From the NCBI RefSeq assembly GCF_009914755.1, contig NC_060939.1: a stretch of 64,000 nucleotides of DNA; one strand, 5' to 3'. This document shows positions 28,401 to 43,400 of the stretch, piece after piece. The stretch's first letter is position 1. Each line of letters begins with the position of its first letter. The notes below the pieces were generated by a model. That model made no database searches and had not been told where the DNA came from. It worked only from the letters and a program-made list of their open reading frames with translations. A program made the translations under genes and the position numbers. This DNA comes from the human T2T-CHM13v2.0 reference genome, Homo sapiens.

Positions 28401-31400
28401 CATTGCATTGCATTCCATTCCATTGGATTGCATTCCATTCGATTCCATTCCATTCGAATCAATTACATAGCAATCCATTACATTCGAGTCTATTCTCTTC
28501 CGTTCCATTCGGTTTCGTTCCAATCCATTCGATTCCATTCCATTCGATTCCATTCCATACTATTGCATTCCATTCGATTACATTATATTCGAATAAGTTC
28601 CATTCAAGACCATTTCTTTTGAGTCCATTCTATTTGAGTCCATTCCCTTTGATTCCATAACATTTGAGTCCATTCAATTCCATTCCTTTCGTTTGCATTC
28701 CATTTGATGCCATTCCATTCAATTCTGTTCTACTCGACTCCAATACATTCAATTCCATTCCATCCGATTCCATTACATTCTTTTCATTTCTTATCCATTT
28801 CAAGCCATTCCACTCCATTCCATTCCACTCGTTTCCTTTCCATTCGAGTCCATTCCTCTCCAGTCCATTCCGTTCAATCCATTCCATTCCAGTCCATTCC
28901 ATTCGAGTCCGTTCCATTCCAGTCCATTCCATTCGAGTCAATTCCATTCCATTCGATGTCTTTCCATAACGATCCATTCCATTCTATTCCTTTCGATTCC
29001 ATTCCATTCTATTTCATTCCATTCGATTCCCTTCCATTGGACTCCTTTCCATTCGAGTGCATTCCATTTCGTTCCATTTCTTTCCGTTCTGTACGATTCC
29101 TACCGTTCGATTTCATTTTCTTCCAGTCCATTCCTTTCGCGTCCATTCCATTCCATTTCACTCCATTCGATTCCATTCCACTCGATTCCACTTCGTTCCA
29201 TTTCATTGCATTCCATTCTATTCAACTCTATTGCCTTCCATTCCATTCCATTCGATTACATTCCATGCGATTCCATTCGAAATCGAATCAATTACATTGC
29301 AATCCATTACTATTGAGTCCATTTTATTCCAGTCCACTGCATTCTGGTCCATTCCATTTGATTCCATTCCATTCTATTCCATTCCATACAGTTGCATTCC
29401 ATTGGATTCCATTCTATATCTATAAATTCAATTCGAGACCATTGCTTTTGAGTCCATTCTATATGATTCCATTCCATTCAAGTCCATTACATTTGGTTCA
29501 ATTCCATTTCATTCCATTCCCTAACATTCCATTCCAGTTGATATCAATCCATTCGATTCCATTCCATTCGAGCACATTCCATTCGAGTCCATTCCATTCG
29601 ATGCCATTCCATTTGATTCTATTCCATTAGTCTCCATTCAATTCCATTAATCTCCATTCCATTCCATTCTACTCCAACTGATTCCATTCCATTCTATTCC
29701 TTTCCATTCCATTTCATTCCATTCCATTCCATTTCATTCCATTCCATTCCATTCGCTTCCATTCCATTCGTGTCCATTCCACTCCAGTCCATTCCATTCG
29801 TGTCCATTCCATTCCAGTCCATTCCATTTGTGTCCACTGCATTCCATTCCACTCCATTCCATATTATTCCATTACACTCCCTTCCATTCTATTACTTTCA
29901 TTTCCATTCAATTCCATTCCATTTGATTCCATTCCACTCGGTTTCATTCCATTTGAGTCCACTCCATTCCATTCCATTCCATTCAGTTCCATTCCATTCT
30001 GTTCCATTCCATTCCGTTCCATTACATTCCATTCCATTCGGTACCATTCCATATTGTTCCATTCGATTCCATTCGAATCCATTCCATTCCAGTCCATTCC
30101 ATTCGATACCATTCCATTCATTTCAATTCCATTCCATTCCATTCCATTACATTCCACTTGATTCCTCTCCATTCCCTTCCACTGCATTCCGTTCGATTCC
30201 ATTCCATTGCATTGCATTCCATTCCATTGGATTGCATTCCATTCGATTCCATTCCATTCGAATCAATTACATAGCAATCCGTTACATTCGAGTCTATTCT
30301 CTTCCGTTCCATTCGATTTCGTTCCAATCCATTCGATTCCATTCCATTCGATTCCATTCCATACTATTGCATTCCATTCGATTACATTATATTCGAATAA
30401 GTTCCATTCAAGACCATTTCTTTTGAGTCCATTCTATTTGAGTCCATTCCCTTTGATTCCATAACATTTGAGTCCATTCAATTCCATTCCTTTCGTTTCC
30501 ATTCCATTTGATGCCATTCCATTCAATTCTGTTCTACTCGACTCCAATACATTCAATTCCATTCCATCCGATTCCATTACATTCTTTTCATTTCTTATCC
30601 ATTTCAAGCCATTCCACTCCATTCCATTCCACTCGTTTCCTTTCCATTCGAGTCCATTCCTCTCCAGTCCAATCCGTTCAATCCATTCCATTCCAGTCCA
30701 TTCCATTCGAGTCCGTTCCATTCCAGTCCATTCCATTCGAGTCAATTCCATCCCATTCGATGTCTTTCCATAACGATCCATTCCATTCTATTCCTTTCGA
30801 TTCCATTCCATTCTATTTCATTCCATTCGATTCCCTTCCATTGGACTCCTTTCCATTCGAGTGCATTCCATTCCGTTCCATTTCTTTCCGTTCTGTACGA
30901 TTCCTACCGTTCGATTTCATTTTGTTCCAGTCCATTCCTTTCGCGTCCATTCCATTCCATTTCACTCCATTCGATTCCATTCCACTCGATTCCACTTCGT
31001 TCCATTTCATTGCATTCCATTCTATTCAACTCTATTGCCTTCCATTCCATTCCATTCGATTACATTCCATGCGATTCCATTCGAAATCGAATCAATTACA
31101 TTGCAATCCATTACTATTGAGTCCGTTTTATTCCAGTCCACTGCATTCTGTTCCATTCCATTTGATTCCATTCCATTCTATTCCATTCCATACAGTTGCA
31201 TTCCATTGGATTCCATGCTATATCTATAAATTCAATTCGAGACCATTGCTTTTGAGTCCATTCTATATGATTCCATTCCATTCAAGTCCATTACATTTGG
31301 TTCAATTCCATTCCATTCCATTCCCTTCCATTCCATTCCATTTGATATCAATCCATTCGATTCCATTCCATTCGAGCACATTCCATTCGAGTCCATTCCA

Positions 31401-34400
31401 TTCGATGCCATTCCATTTGATTCTATTCCATTAGTCTCCATTCAATTCCATTAATCTCCATTCCATTCCATTCTACTCCAACTGATTCCATTCCATTCTA
31501 TTCCTTTCCATTCCATTTCATTCCATTCCATTCCATTTCATTCCATTCCATTCCATTCGTGTCCATTCCACTCCAGTCCATTCCATTCGTGTCCATTCCA
31601 TTCCAGTCCATTCCATTTGTGTCCACTGCATTCCATTCCACTCCATTCCATATTATTCCTTTACACTCCATTCCATTCTATCACTTTCATTTCCATTCAA
31701 TTCCATTCCATTTGATTCCATTCCACTCGGTTTCATTCCATTTGAGTCCACTCCATTCCATTCCATTGCATTCCATTCAGTTCCATTCCATTCTGTTCCA
31801 TTCCATTCCGTTCCATTACATTCCATTCCATTCGGTACCATTCCATATTGTTCCATTCGATTCCATTCGAATCCATTCCATTCCAGTCCATTCCATTCGA
31901 TTCCATTCCATTCATTTCAATTCCATTCCATTCCATTCCATTACATTCCACTTGATTCCTCTCCATTCCCTTCCACTGCATTCCGTTCGATTCCATTCCA
32001 TTGCATTGCATTCCATTCCATTGGATTGCATTCCATTCGATTCCATTCCATTCGAATCAATTACATAGCAATCCATTACATTCGAGTCTATTCTATTCCG
32101 TTCCATTCGATTTCGTTCCAATCCATTCGATTCCATTCCATTCGATTCCATTCCATACTATTGCATTCCATTCGATTACATTATATTCGAATAAGTTCCA
32201 TTCAAGACCATTTCTTTTGAGTCCATTCTATTTGAGTCCATTCCCTTTGATTTCATAACATTTGAGTCCATTCAATTCCATTCCTTTCGTTTCCATTCCA
32301 TTTGATGCCATTCCATTCAATTCTGTTCTACTCGACTCCAATACACTCAATTCCATTCCATCCGATTCCATTACATTCTTTTCATTTCTTATCCATTTCA
32401 AGCCATTCCACTCCATTCCATTCCACTCGTTTCCTTTCCATTCGAGTCCATTCCTCTCCAGTCCATTCCGTTCAATCCATTCCATTCCAGTCCATTCCAT
32501 TCGAGTCCGTTCCATTCCAGTCCATTCCATTCGAGTCAATTCCATCCCATTCGATGTCTTTCCATAACGATCCATTCCATTCTATTCCTTTCGATTCCAT
32601 TCCATTCTATTTCATTCCATTCGATTCCCTTCCATTGGACTCCTTTCCATTCGAGTGCATTCCATTCCTTTCCATTTCTTTCCGTTCTGTACGATTCCTA
32701 CCGTTCGATTTCATTTTGTTCCAGTCCATTCCTTTCGCGTCCATTCCATTCCATTTCACTCCATTCTATTCCATTCCACTCGATTCCACTTCGTTCCATT
32801 TCATTGCATTCCATTCTATTCAACTCTATTGCCTTCCATTCCATTCCATTCGATTACATTCCATGCGATTCCATTCAAAATCGAATCAATTACATTGCAA
32901 TCCATTACTATTGAGTCCGTTTTATTCCAGTCCACTGCATTCTGGTCCATTCCATTTGATTCCATTCCATTCTATTCCATTCCATACAGTTGCATTCCAT
33001 TGGATTCCATGCTATATCTATAAATTCAATTCGAGACCATTGCTTTTGAGTCCATTCTATATGATTCCATTCCATTCAAGTCCATTACATTTGGTTCAAT
33101 TCCATTCCATTCCATTCCCTTCCATTCCATTCCATTTGATATCAATCCATTCGATTCCATTCCATTCGAGCACATTCCATTCGAGTCCATTCCATTCGAT
33201 GCCATTCCATTTGATTCTATTCCATTAGTCTCCATTCAATTCCATTAATCTCCATTCCATTCCATTCTACTCCAACTGATTCCATTCCATTCTATTCCTT
33301 TCTATTCCATTTCATTCCATTCCATTCCATTTCATTCCATTCCATACCATTCGTGTCCATTCCACTCCAGTCCATTCCATTCGTGTCCATTCCATTCCAG
33401 TCCATTCCATTTGTGTCCACTGCATTCCATTCCACTCCATTCCATATTATTCCATTACACTCCATTCCATTCTATCACTTTCATTTCCATTCAATTCCAT
33501 TCCATTTGATTCCAGTCCACTCGGTTTCATTCCATTTGAGTCCACTCCATTCCATTCCATTGCATTCCATTCAGTTCCATTCCATTCTGTTCCATTCCAT
33601 TCCGTTCCATTACATTCCATTCCATTCGGTACCATTCCATATTGTTCCATTCGATTCCATTCGAATCCATTCCATTCCAGTCCATTCCATTCGATTCCAT
33701 TCCATTCATTTCAATTCCATTCCATTCCATTCCATTACATTCCACTTGATTCCTCTCCATTCCCTTCCACTGCATTCCGTTCGATTCCATTCCATTGCAT
33801 TGCATTCCATTCCATTGGATTGCATTCCATTCGATTCCATTCCATTCGAATCAATTACATAGCAATCCATTACATTCGAGTCTATTCTATTCCGTTCCAT
33901 TCGATTTCGTTCCAATCCATTCGATTCCATTCCATTCGATTCCATTCCATACTATTGCATTCCATTCGATTACATTATATTCGAATAAGTTCCATTCAAG
34001 ACCATTTCTTTTGAGTCCATTCTATTTGAGTCCATTCCCTTTGATTCCATAACATTTGAGTCCATTCAATTCCATTCCTTTCGTTTCCATTCCATTTGAT
34101 GCCATTCCATTCAATTCTGTTCTACTCGACTCCAATACACTCAATTCCATTCCATCCGATTCCATTACATTCTTTTCATTTCTTATCCATTTCAAGCCAT
34201 TCCACTCCATTCCATTCCACTCGTTTCCTTTCCATTCGAGTCCATTCCTCTCCAGTCCATTCCGTTCAATCCATTCCATTCCAGTCCATTCCATTCGAGT
34301 CCGTTCCATTCCAGTCCATTCCATTCGAGTCAATTCCATTCCATTCGATGTCTTTCCATAACGATCCATTCCATTCTATTCCTTTCGATTCCATTCCATT

Positions 34401-37400
34401 CTATTTCATTCCATTCGATTCCCTTCCATTGGACTCCTTTCCATTCGAGTGCATTCCATTCCTTTCCATTTCTTTCCGTTCTGTACGATTCCTACCGTTC
34501 GATTTCATTTTGTTCCAGTCCATTCCTTTCGCGTCCATTCCATTCCATTTCACTCCATTCGATTCCATTCCACTCGATTCCACTTCGTTCCATTTCATTG
34601 CATTCCATTCTATTCAACTCTATTGCCTTCCATTCCATTCCATTCGATTACATTCCATGCGATTCCATTCGAAATCGAATCAATTACATTGCTATCCATT
34701 ACTATTGAGTCCGTTTTATTCCAGTCCACTGCATTCTGGTCCATTCCATTTGATTCCATTCCATTCTATTCCATTCCATACAGTTGCATTCCATTGGATT
34801 CCATGCTATATCTATAAATTCAATTCGAGACCATTGCTTTTGAGTCCATTCTATATGATTCCATTCCACTCAAGTCCATTACATTTGGTTCAATTCCATT
34901 CCATTCCATTCCCTTCCATTCCATTCCATTTGATATCAATCCATTCGATTCCATTCCATTCGAGCACATTCCATTCGAGTCCATTCCATTCGATGCCATT
35001 CCATTTGATTCTATTCCATTAGTCTCCATTCAATTCCATTAATCTCCATTCCATTCCATTCTACTCCAACTGATTCCATTCCATTCTATTCCTTTCCATT
35101 CCATTTCATTCCATTCCATTCCATTTCATTCCATTCCATTCCATTTCATTCCATTCCATTCCATTCGTGTCCATTCCACTCCAGTCCATTCCATTCATGT
35201 CCATTCCATTCCAGTCCATTCCATTTGTGTCCACTGCATTCCATTCCACTCCATTCCATATTATTCCATTACACTCCATTCCATTCTATTACTTTCATTT
35301 CCATTCAATTCCATTCCATTTGATTCCATTCCACTCGGTTTCATTCCATTTGAGTCCACTCCATTCCATTCCATTCCATTCCATTCAGTTCCATTCCATT
35401 CTGTTCCATTCCATTCCGTTCCATTACATTCCATTCCATTCGGTACCATTCCATATTGTTCCATTCGATTCCATTCGAATCCATTCCATTCCAGTCCATT
35501 CCATTCGATTCCATTCCATTCATTTCAATTCCATTCCATTCCATTCCATTACATTCCACTTGATTCCTCTCCATTCCCTTCCACTGCATTCCATTCGATT
35601 CCATTCCATTGCATTGCATTCCATTCCATTGGATTGCATTCCATTCGATTCCATTCCATTCGAATCAATTACATAGCAATCCATTACATTCGAGTCTATT
35701 CTATTCCGTTCCATTCGATTTCGTTCCAATCCATTCGATTCCATTCCATTCGATTCCATTCCATGCTATGGCATTCCATTCGATTACATTATATTCGAAT
35801 AAGTTCCATTCAAGACCATTTCTTTTGAGTCCATTCTATTTGAGTCCATTCCCTTTGATTCCATAACATTTGAGTCCATTCAATTCCATTCCTTTCGTTT
35901 CCATTCCATTTGATGCCATTCCATTCAATTCTGTTCTACTCGACTCCAATACATTCAATTCCATTCCATCCGATTCCATTACATTCTTTTCATTTCTTAT
36001 CCATTTCAAGCCATTCCACTCCATTCCATTCCACTCGTTTCCTTTCCATTCGAGTCCATTCCTCTCCAGTCCATTCCGTTCAATCCATTCCATTCCAGTC
36101 CATTCCATTCGAGTCCGTTCCATTCCAGTCCATTCCATTCGAGTCAATTCCATTCCATTCGATGTCTTTCCATAACGATCCATTCCATTCTATTCCTTTC
36201 GATTCCATTCCATTCTATTTCATTCCATTCGATTCCCTTCCATTGGACTCCTTTCCATTCGAGTGCATTCCATTCCGTTCCATTTCTTTCCGTTCTGTAC
36301 GATTCCTACCGTTCGATTTCATTTTGTTCCAGTCCATTCCTTTCGCGTCCATTCCATTCCATTTCACTCCATTCGATTCCATTCCACTCGATTCCACTTC
36401 GTTCCATTTCATTGCATTCCGTTCTATTCAACTCTATTGCCTTCCATTCCATTCCATTCGATTACATTCCATGCGATTCCATTCGAAATCGAATCAATTA
36501 CATTGCAATCCATTACTATTGAGTCCGTTTTATTCCAGTCCACTGCATTCTGGTCCATTCCATTTGATTCCATTCCATTCTATTCCATTCCATACAGTTG
36601 CATTCCATTGGATTCCATGCTATATCTATAAATTCAATTCGAGACCATTGCTTTTGAGTCCATTCTATATGATTCCATTCCATTCAAATCCAATACATTT
36701 GGTTCAATTCCATTCCATTCCATTCCCTTCCATTCCATTCCATTTGATATCAATCCATTCGATTCCATTCCATTCGAGCACATTCCATTCGAGTCCATTC
36801 CATTCGATGCCATTCCATTTGATTCTATTCCATTAGTCTCCATTCAATTCCATTAATCTCCATTCCATTCCATTCTACTCCAACTGATTCCATTCCATTC
36901 TATTCCTTTCCATTCCATTTCATTCCATTCCATTCCATTTCATTCCATTCCATTCCATTCGTGTCCATTCCACTCCAGTCCATTCCATTCGTGTCCATTC
37001 CATTCCAGTCCATTCCATTTGTGTCCACTGCATTCCATTCCACTCCATTCCATATTATTCCATTACACTCCATTCCATTCTATCACTTTCATTTCCATTC
37101 AATTCCATTCCATTTGATTCCATTCCACTCGGTTTCATTCCATTTGAGTCCACTCCGTTCCATTCCATTGCATTCCATTCAGTTCCATTCCATTCTGTTC
37201 CATTCCATTCCGTTCCATTACATTCCATTCCATTCGGTACCATTCCATATTGTTCCATTCGATTCCATTCGAATCCATTCCATTCCAGTCCATTCCATTC
37301 GATTCCATTCCATTCATTTCAATTCCATTCCATTCCATTCCATTACATTCCACTTGATTCCTCTCCATTCCCTTCCACTGCATTCCGTTCGATTCCATTC

Positions 37401-40400
37401 CATTGCATTGCATTCCATTCCATTGGATTGCATTCTATTCGATTCCATTCCATTCGAATCAATTACATAGCAATCCATTACATTCGAGTCTATTCTCTTC
37501 CGTTCCATTCGATTTCGTTCCAATCCATTCGATTCCATTCCATTTGATTCCATTCCATACTATTGCATTCCATTCGATTACATTATATTCGAATAAGTTC
37601 CATTCAAGACCATTTCTTTTGAGTCCATTCTATTTGAGTCCATTCCCTTTGATTCCATAACATTTGAGTCCATTCAATTCCATTCCTTTCGTTTCCATTC
37701 CATTTGATGCCATTCCATTCAATTCTGTTCTACTCGACTCCAATACACTCAATTCCATTCCATCCGATTCCATTACATTCTTTTCATTTCTTATCCATTT
37801 CAAGCCATTCCACTCCATTCCATTCCACTCGTTTCCTTTCCATTCGAGTCCATTCCTCTCCAGTCCATTCCGTTCAATCCATTCCATTCCAGTCCATTCC
37901 ATTCGAGTCCGTTCCATTCCAGTCCATTCCATTCGAGTCAATTCCATTCCATTCGATGTCTTTCCATAACGATCCATTCCATTCTATTCCTTTCGATTCC
38001 ATTCCATTCTATTTCATTCCATTCGATTCCCTTCCATTGGACTCCTTTCCATTCGAGTGCATTCCATTCCTTTCCATTTCTTTCCGTTCTGTACGATTCC
38101 TACCGTTCGATTTCATTTTGTTCCAGTCCATTCCTTTCGCGTCCATTCCATTCCATTTCACTCCATTCGATTCCATTCCACTCGATTCCACTTCGTTCCA
38201 TTTCATTGCATTCCATTCTATTCAACTCTATTGCCTTCCATTCCATTCCATTCGATTACATTCCATGCGATTCCATTCGAAATCGAATCAATTACATTGC
38301 AATCCATTACTATTGAGTCCGTTTTATTCCAGTCCACTGCATTCTGGTCCATTCCATTTGATTCCATTCCATTCTATTCCATTCCATACAGTTGCATTCC
38401 ATTGGATTCCATGCTATATCTATAAATTCAATTCGAGACCATTGCTTTTGAGTCCATTCTATATGATTCCATTCCATTCAAGTCCATTACATTTGGTTCA
38501 ATTCCATTCCATTCCATTCCCTTCCATTCCATTCCATTTGATATCAATCCATTCGATTCCATTCCATTCGAGCACATTCCATTCGAGTCCATTCCATTCG
38601 ATGCCATTCCATTTGATTCTATTCCATTAGTCTCCATTCAATTCCATTAATCTCCATTCCATTCCATTCTACTCCAACTGATTCCATTCCATTCTATTCC
38701 TTTCCATTCCATTTCATTCCATTCCATTCCATTTCATTCCATTCCATTCCATTCGTGTCCATTCCACTCCAGTCCATTCCATTCCAGTCCATTCCATTTG
38801 TGTCCACTGCATTCCATTCCACTCCATTCCATATTATTCCATTACACTCCATTCCATTCTATTACTTTCATTTCCATTCAATTCCATTCCATTTGATTCC
38901 ATTCCACTCGGTTTCATTCCATTTGAGTCCACTCCATTCCATTGCATTCCATTCAGTTCCATTCCATTCTGTTCCATTCCATTCCGTTCCATTACATTCC
39001 ATTCCATTCGGTACCATTCCATATTGTTCCATTCGATTCCATTCGAATCCATTCCATTCCAGTCCATTCCATTCGATACCATTCCATTCATTTCAATTCC
39101 ATTCCATTCCATTCCATTACATTCCACTTGATTCCTCTCCATTCCCTTCCACTGCATTCCGTTCGATTCCATTCCATTGCATTGCATTCCATTCCATTGG
39201 ATTGCATTCCATTCGATTCCATTCCATTCGAATCAATTACATAGCAATCCATTACATTCGAGTCTATTCTATTCCGTTCCATTCGATTTCGTTCCAATCC
39301 ATTCGATTCCATTCCATTCGATTCCATTCCATACTATTGCATTCCATTCGATTACATTATATTCGAATAAGTTCCATTCAAGACCATTTCTTTTGAGTCC
39401 ATTCTATTTGAGTCCATTCCCTTTGATTCCATAACATTTGAGTCCATTCAATTCCATTCCTTTCGTTTCCATTCCATTTGATGCCATTCCATTCAATTCT
39501 GTTCTACTCGACTCCAATACATTCAATTCCATTCCATCCGATTCCATTACATTCTTTTCATTTCTTATCCATTTCAAGCCATTCCACTCCATTCCATTCC
39601 ACTCGTTTCCTTTCCATTCGAGTCATTCCTCTCCAGTCCATTCCGTTCAATCCATTCCATTCCAGTCCATTCCATTCGAGTCCGTTCCATTCCAGTCCAT
39701 TCCATTCGAGTCAATTCCATTCCATTCGATGTCTTTCCATAACGATCCATTCCATTCTATTCCTTTCGATTCCATTCCATTCTATTTCATTCCATTCGAT
39801 TCCCTTCCATTGGAATCCTTTCCATTCGAGTGCATTCCATTCCGTTCCATTTCTTTCCGTTCTGTACGATTCCTACCGTTCGATTTCATTTTGTTCCAGT
39901 CCATTCCTTTCGCGTCCATTCCATTCCATTTCACTCCATTCGATTCCATTCCACTCGATTCCACTTCGTTCCATTTCATTGCATTCCATTCTATTCAACT
40001 CTATTGCCTTCCATTCCATTCCATTCGATTACATTCCATGCGATTCCATTCGAAATCGAATCAATTACATTGCTATCCATTACTATTGAGTCCGTTTTAT
40101 TCCAGTCCACTGCATTCTGGTCCATTCCATTTGATTCCATTCCATTCTATTCCATTCCATACAGTTGCATTCCATTGGATTCCATGCTATATCTATAAAT
40201 TCAATTCGAGACCATTGCTTTTGAGTCCATTCTATATGATTCCATTCCATTCAAGTCCATTACATTTGGTTCAATTCCATTCCATTCCATTCCCTTCCAT
40301 TCCATTCCATTTGATATCAATCCATTCGATTCCATTCCATTCGAGCACATTCCATTCGAGTCCATTCCATTCGATGCCATTCCATTTGATTCTATTCCAT

Positions 40401-43400
40401 TAGTCTCCATTCAATTCCATTAATCTCCATTCCATTCCATTCTACTCCAACTGATTCCATTCCATTCTATTCCTTTCCATTCCATTTCATTCCATTCCAT
40501 TCCATTCCATTCCATTCCATTCCATTCGCTTCCATTCCATTCGTGTCCATTCCACTCCATTCCATTCCATTCGTGTCCATTCCATTCCAGTCCATTCCAT
40601 TTGTGTCCACTGCATTCCATTCCACTCCATTCCATATTATTCCATTACACTCCATTCCATTCTATTACTTTCATTTCCATTCAATTCCATTCCATTTGAT
40701 TCCATTCCACTCGGTTTCATTCCATTTGAGTCCACTCCATTCCATTCCATTCCATTCAGTTCCATTCCATTCTGTTCCATTCCATTCCGTTCCGTTACAT
40801 TCCATTCCATTCGGTACCATTCCATATTGTTCCATTCGATTCCATTCGAATCCATTCCATTCCAGTCCATTCCATTCGATTCCATTCCATTCATTTCAAT
40901 TCCATTCCATTCCATTCCATTACATTCCACTTGATTCCTCTCCATTCCCTTCCACTGCATTCCGTTCGATTCCATTCCATTGCATTGCATTCCATTCCAT
41001 TGGATTGCATTCCATTCGATTCCATTCCATTTGAATCAATTACATAGCAATCCATTACATTCGAGTCTATTCTCTTCCGTTCCATTCGGTTTCGTTCCAA
41101 TCCATTCGATTCCATTCCATTCGATTCCATTCCATACTATTGCATTCCATTCGATTACATTATATTCGAATAAGTTCCATTCAAGACCATTTCTTTTGAG
41201 TCCATTCTATTTGAGTCCATTCCCTTTGATTCCATAACATTTGAGTCCATTCAATTCCATTCCTTTCGTTTCCATTCCATTTGATGCCATTCCATTCAAT
41301 TCTGTTCTACTCGACTCCAATACATTCAATTCCATTCCATCCGATTCCATTACATTCTTTTCATTTCTTATCCATTTCAAGCCATTCCTCTCCATTCCAT
41401 TCCACTCGTTTCCTTTCCATTCGAGTCCATTCCTCTCCAGTCCATTCCGTTCAATCCATTCCATTCCAGTCCATTCCATTCGAGTCCGTTCCATTCCAGT
41501 CCATTCCATTCGAGTCAATTCCATTCCATTCGATGTCTTTCCATAACGATCCATTCCATTCTATTCCTTTCGATTCCATTCCATTCTATTTCATTCCATT
41601 CGATTCCCTTCCATTGGACTCCTTTCCATTCGAGTGCATTCCATTCCGTTCCATTTCTTTCCATTCTGTACGATTCCTACCGTTCGATTTCATTTTGTTC
41701 CAGTCCATTCCTTTCGCGTCCATTCCATTCCATTTCACTCCATTCGATTCCATTCCACTCGATTCCACTTCGTTCCATTTCATTGCATTCCATTCTATTC
41801 AACTCTATTGCCTTCCATTCCATTCCATTCGATTACATTCCATGCGATTCCATTCGAAATCGAATCAATTACATTGCAATCCATTACTATTGAGTCCGTT
41901 TTATTCCAGTCCACTGCATTCTGGTCCATTCCATTTGATTCCATTCCATTCTATTCCATTCCATACAGTTGCATTCCATTGGATTCCATGCTATATCTAT
42001 AAATTCAATTCGAGACCATTGCTTTTGAGTCCATTCTATATGATTCCATTCCATTCAAGTCCATTACATTTGGTTCAATTCCATTCCATTCCATTCCCTT
42101 CCATTCCATTCCATTTGATATCAATCCATTCGATTCCATTCCATTCGAGCACATTCCATTCGAGTCCATTCCATTCGATGCCATTCCATTTGATTCTATT
42201 CCATTAGTCTCCATTCAATTCCATTAATCTCCATTCCATTCCATTCTACTCCAACTGATTCCATTCCATTCTATTCCTTTCCATTCCATTTCATTCCATT
42301 CCATTCCATTTCATTCCATTCCATTCCATTCGTGTCCATTCCATTCGTGTCCATTCCATTCCAGTCCATTCCATTTGTGTCCACTGCATTCCATTCCACT
42401 CCATTCCATATTATTCCATTACACTCCATTCCATTCTATTACTTTCATTTCCATTCAATTCCATTCCATTTGATTCCATTCCACTCGGTTTCATTCCATT
42501 TGAGTCCACTCCATTCCATTCCATTCCATTCAGTTCCATTCCATTCTGTTCCATTCCATTCCGTTCCGTTACATTCCATTCCATTCGGTACCATTCCATA
42601 TTGTTCCATTCGATTCCATTCGAATCCATTCCATTCCAGTCCATTCCATTCGATTCCATTCCATTCATTTCAATTCCATTCCATTCCATTCCATTACATT
42701 CCACTTGATTCCTCTCCATTCCCTTCCACTGCATTCCGTTCGATTCCATTCCATTGCATTGCATTCCATTCCATTGGATTGCATTCCATTCGATTCCATT
42801 CCATTTGAATCAATTACATAGCAATCCATTACATTCGAGTCTATTCTCTTCCGTTCCATTCGGTTTCGTTCCAATCCATTCGATTCCATTCCATTCGATT
42901 CCATTCCATACTATTGCATTCCATTCGATTACATTATATTCGAATAAGTTCCATTCAAGACCATTTCTTTTGAGTCCATTCTATTTGAGTCCATTCCCTT
43001 TGATTCCATAACATTTGAGTCCATTCAATTCCATTCCTTTCGTTTCCATTCCATTTGATGCCATTCCATTCAATTCTGTTCTACTCGACTCCAATACATT
43101 CAATTCCATTCCATCCGATTCCATTACATTCTTTTCATTTCTTATCCATTTCAAGCCATTCCTCTCCATTCCATTCCACTCGTTTCCTTTCCATTCGAGT
43201 CCATTCCTCTCCAGTCCATTCCGTTCAATCCATTCCATTCCAGTCCATTCCATTCGAGTCCGTTCCATTCCAGTCCATTCCATTCGAGTCAATTCCATTC
43301 CATTCGATGTCTTTCCATAACGATCCATTCCATTCTATTCCTTTCGATTCCATTCCATTCTATTTCATTCCATTCGATTCCCTTCCATTGGACTCCTTTC

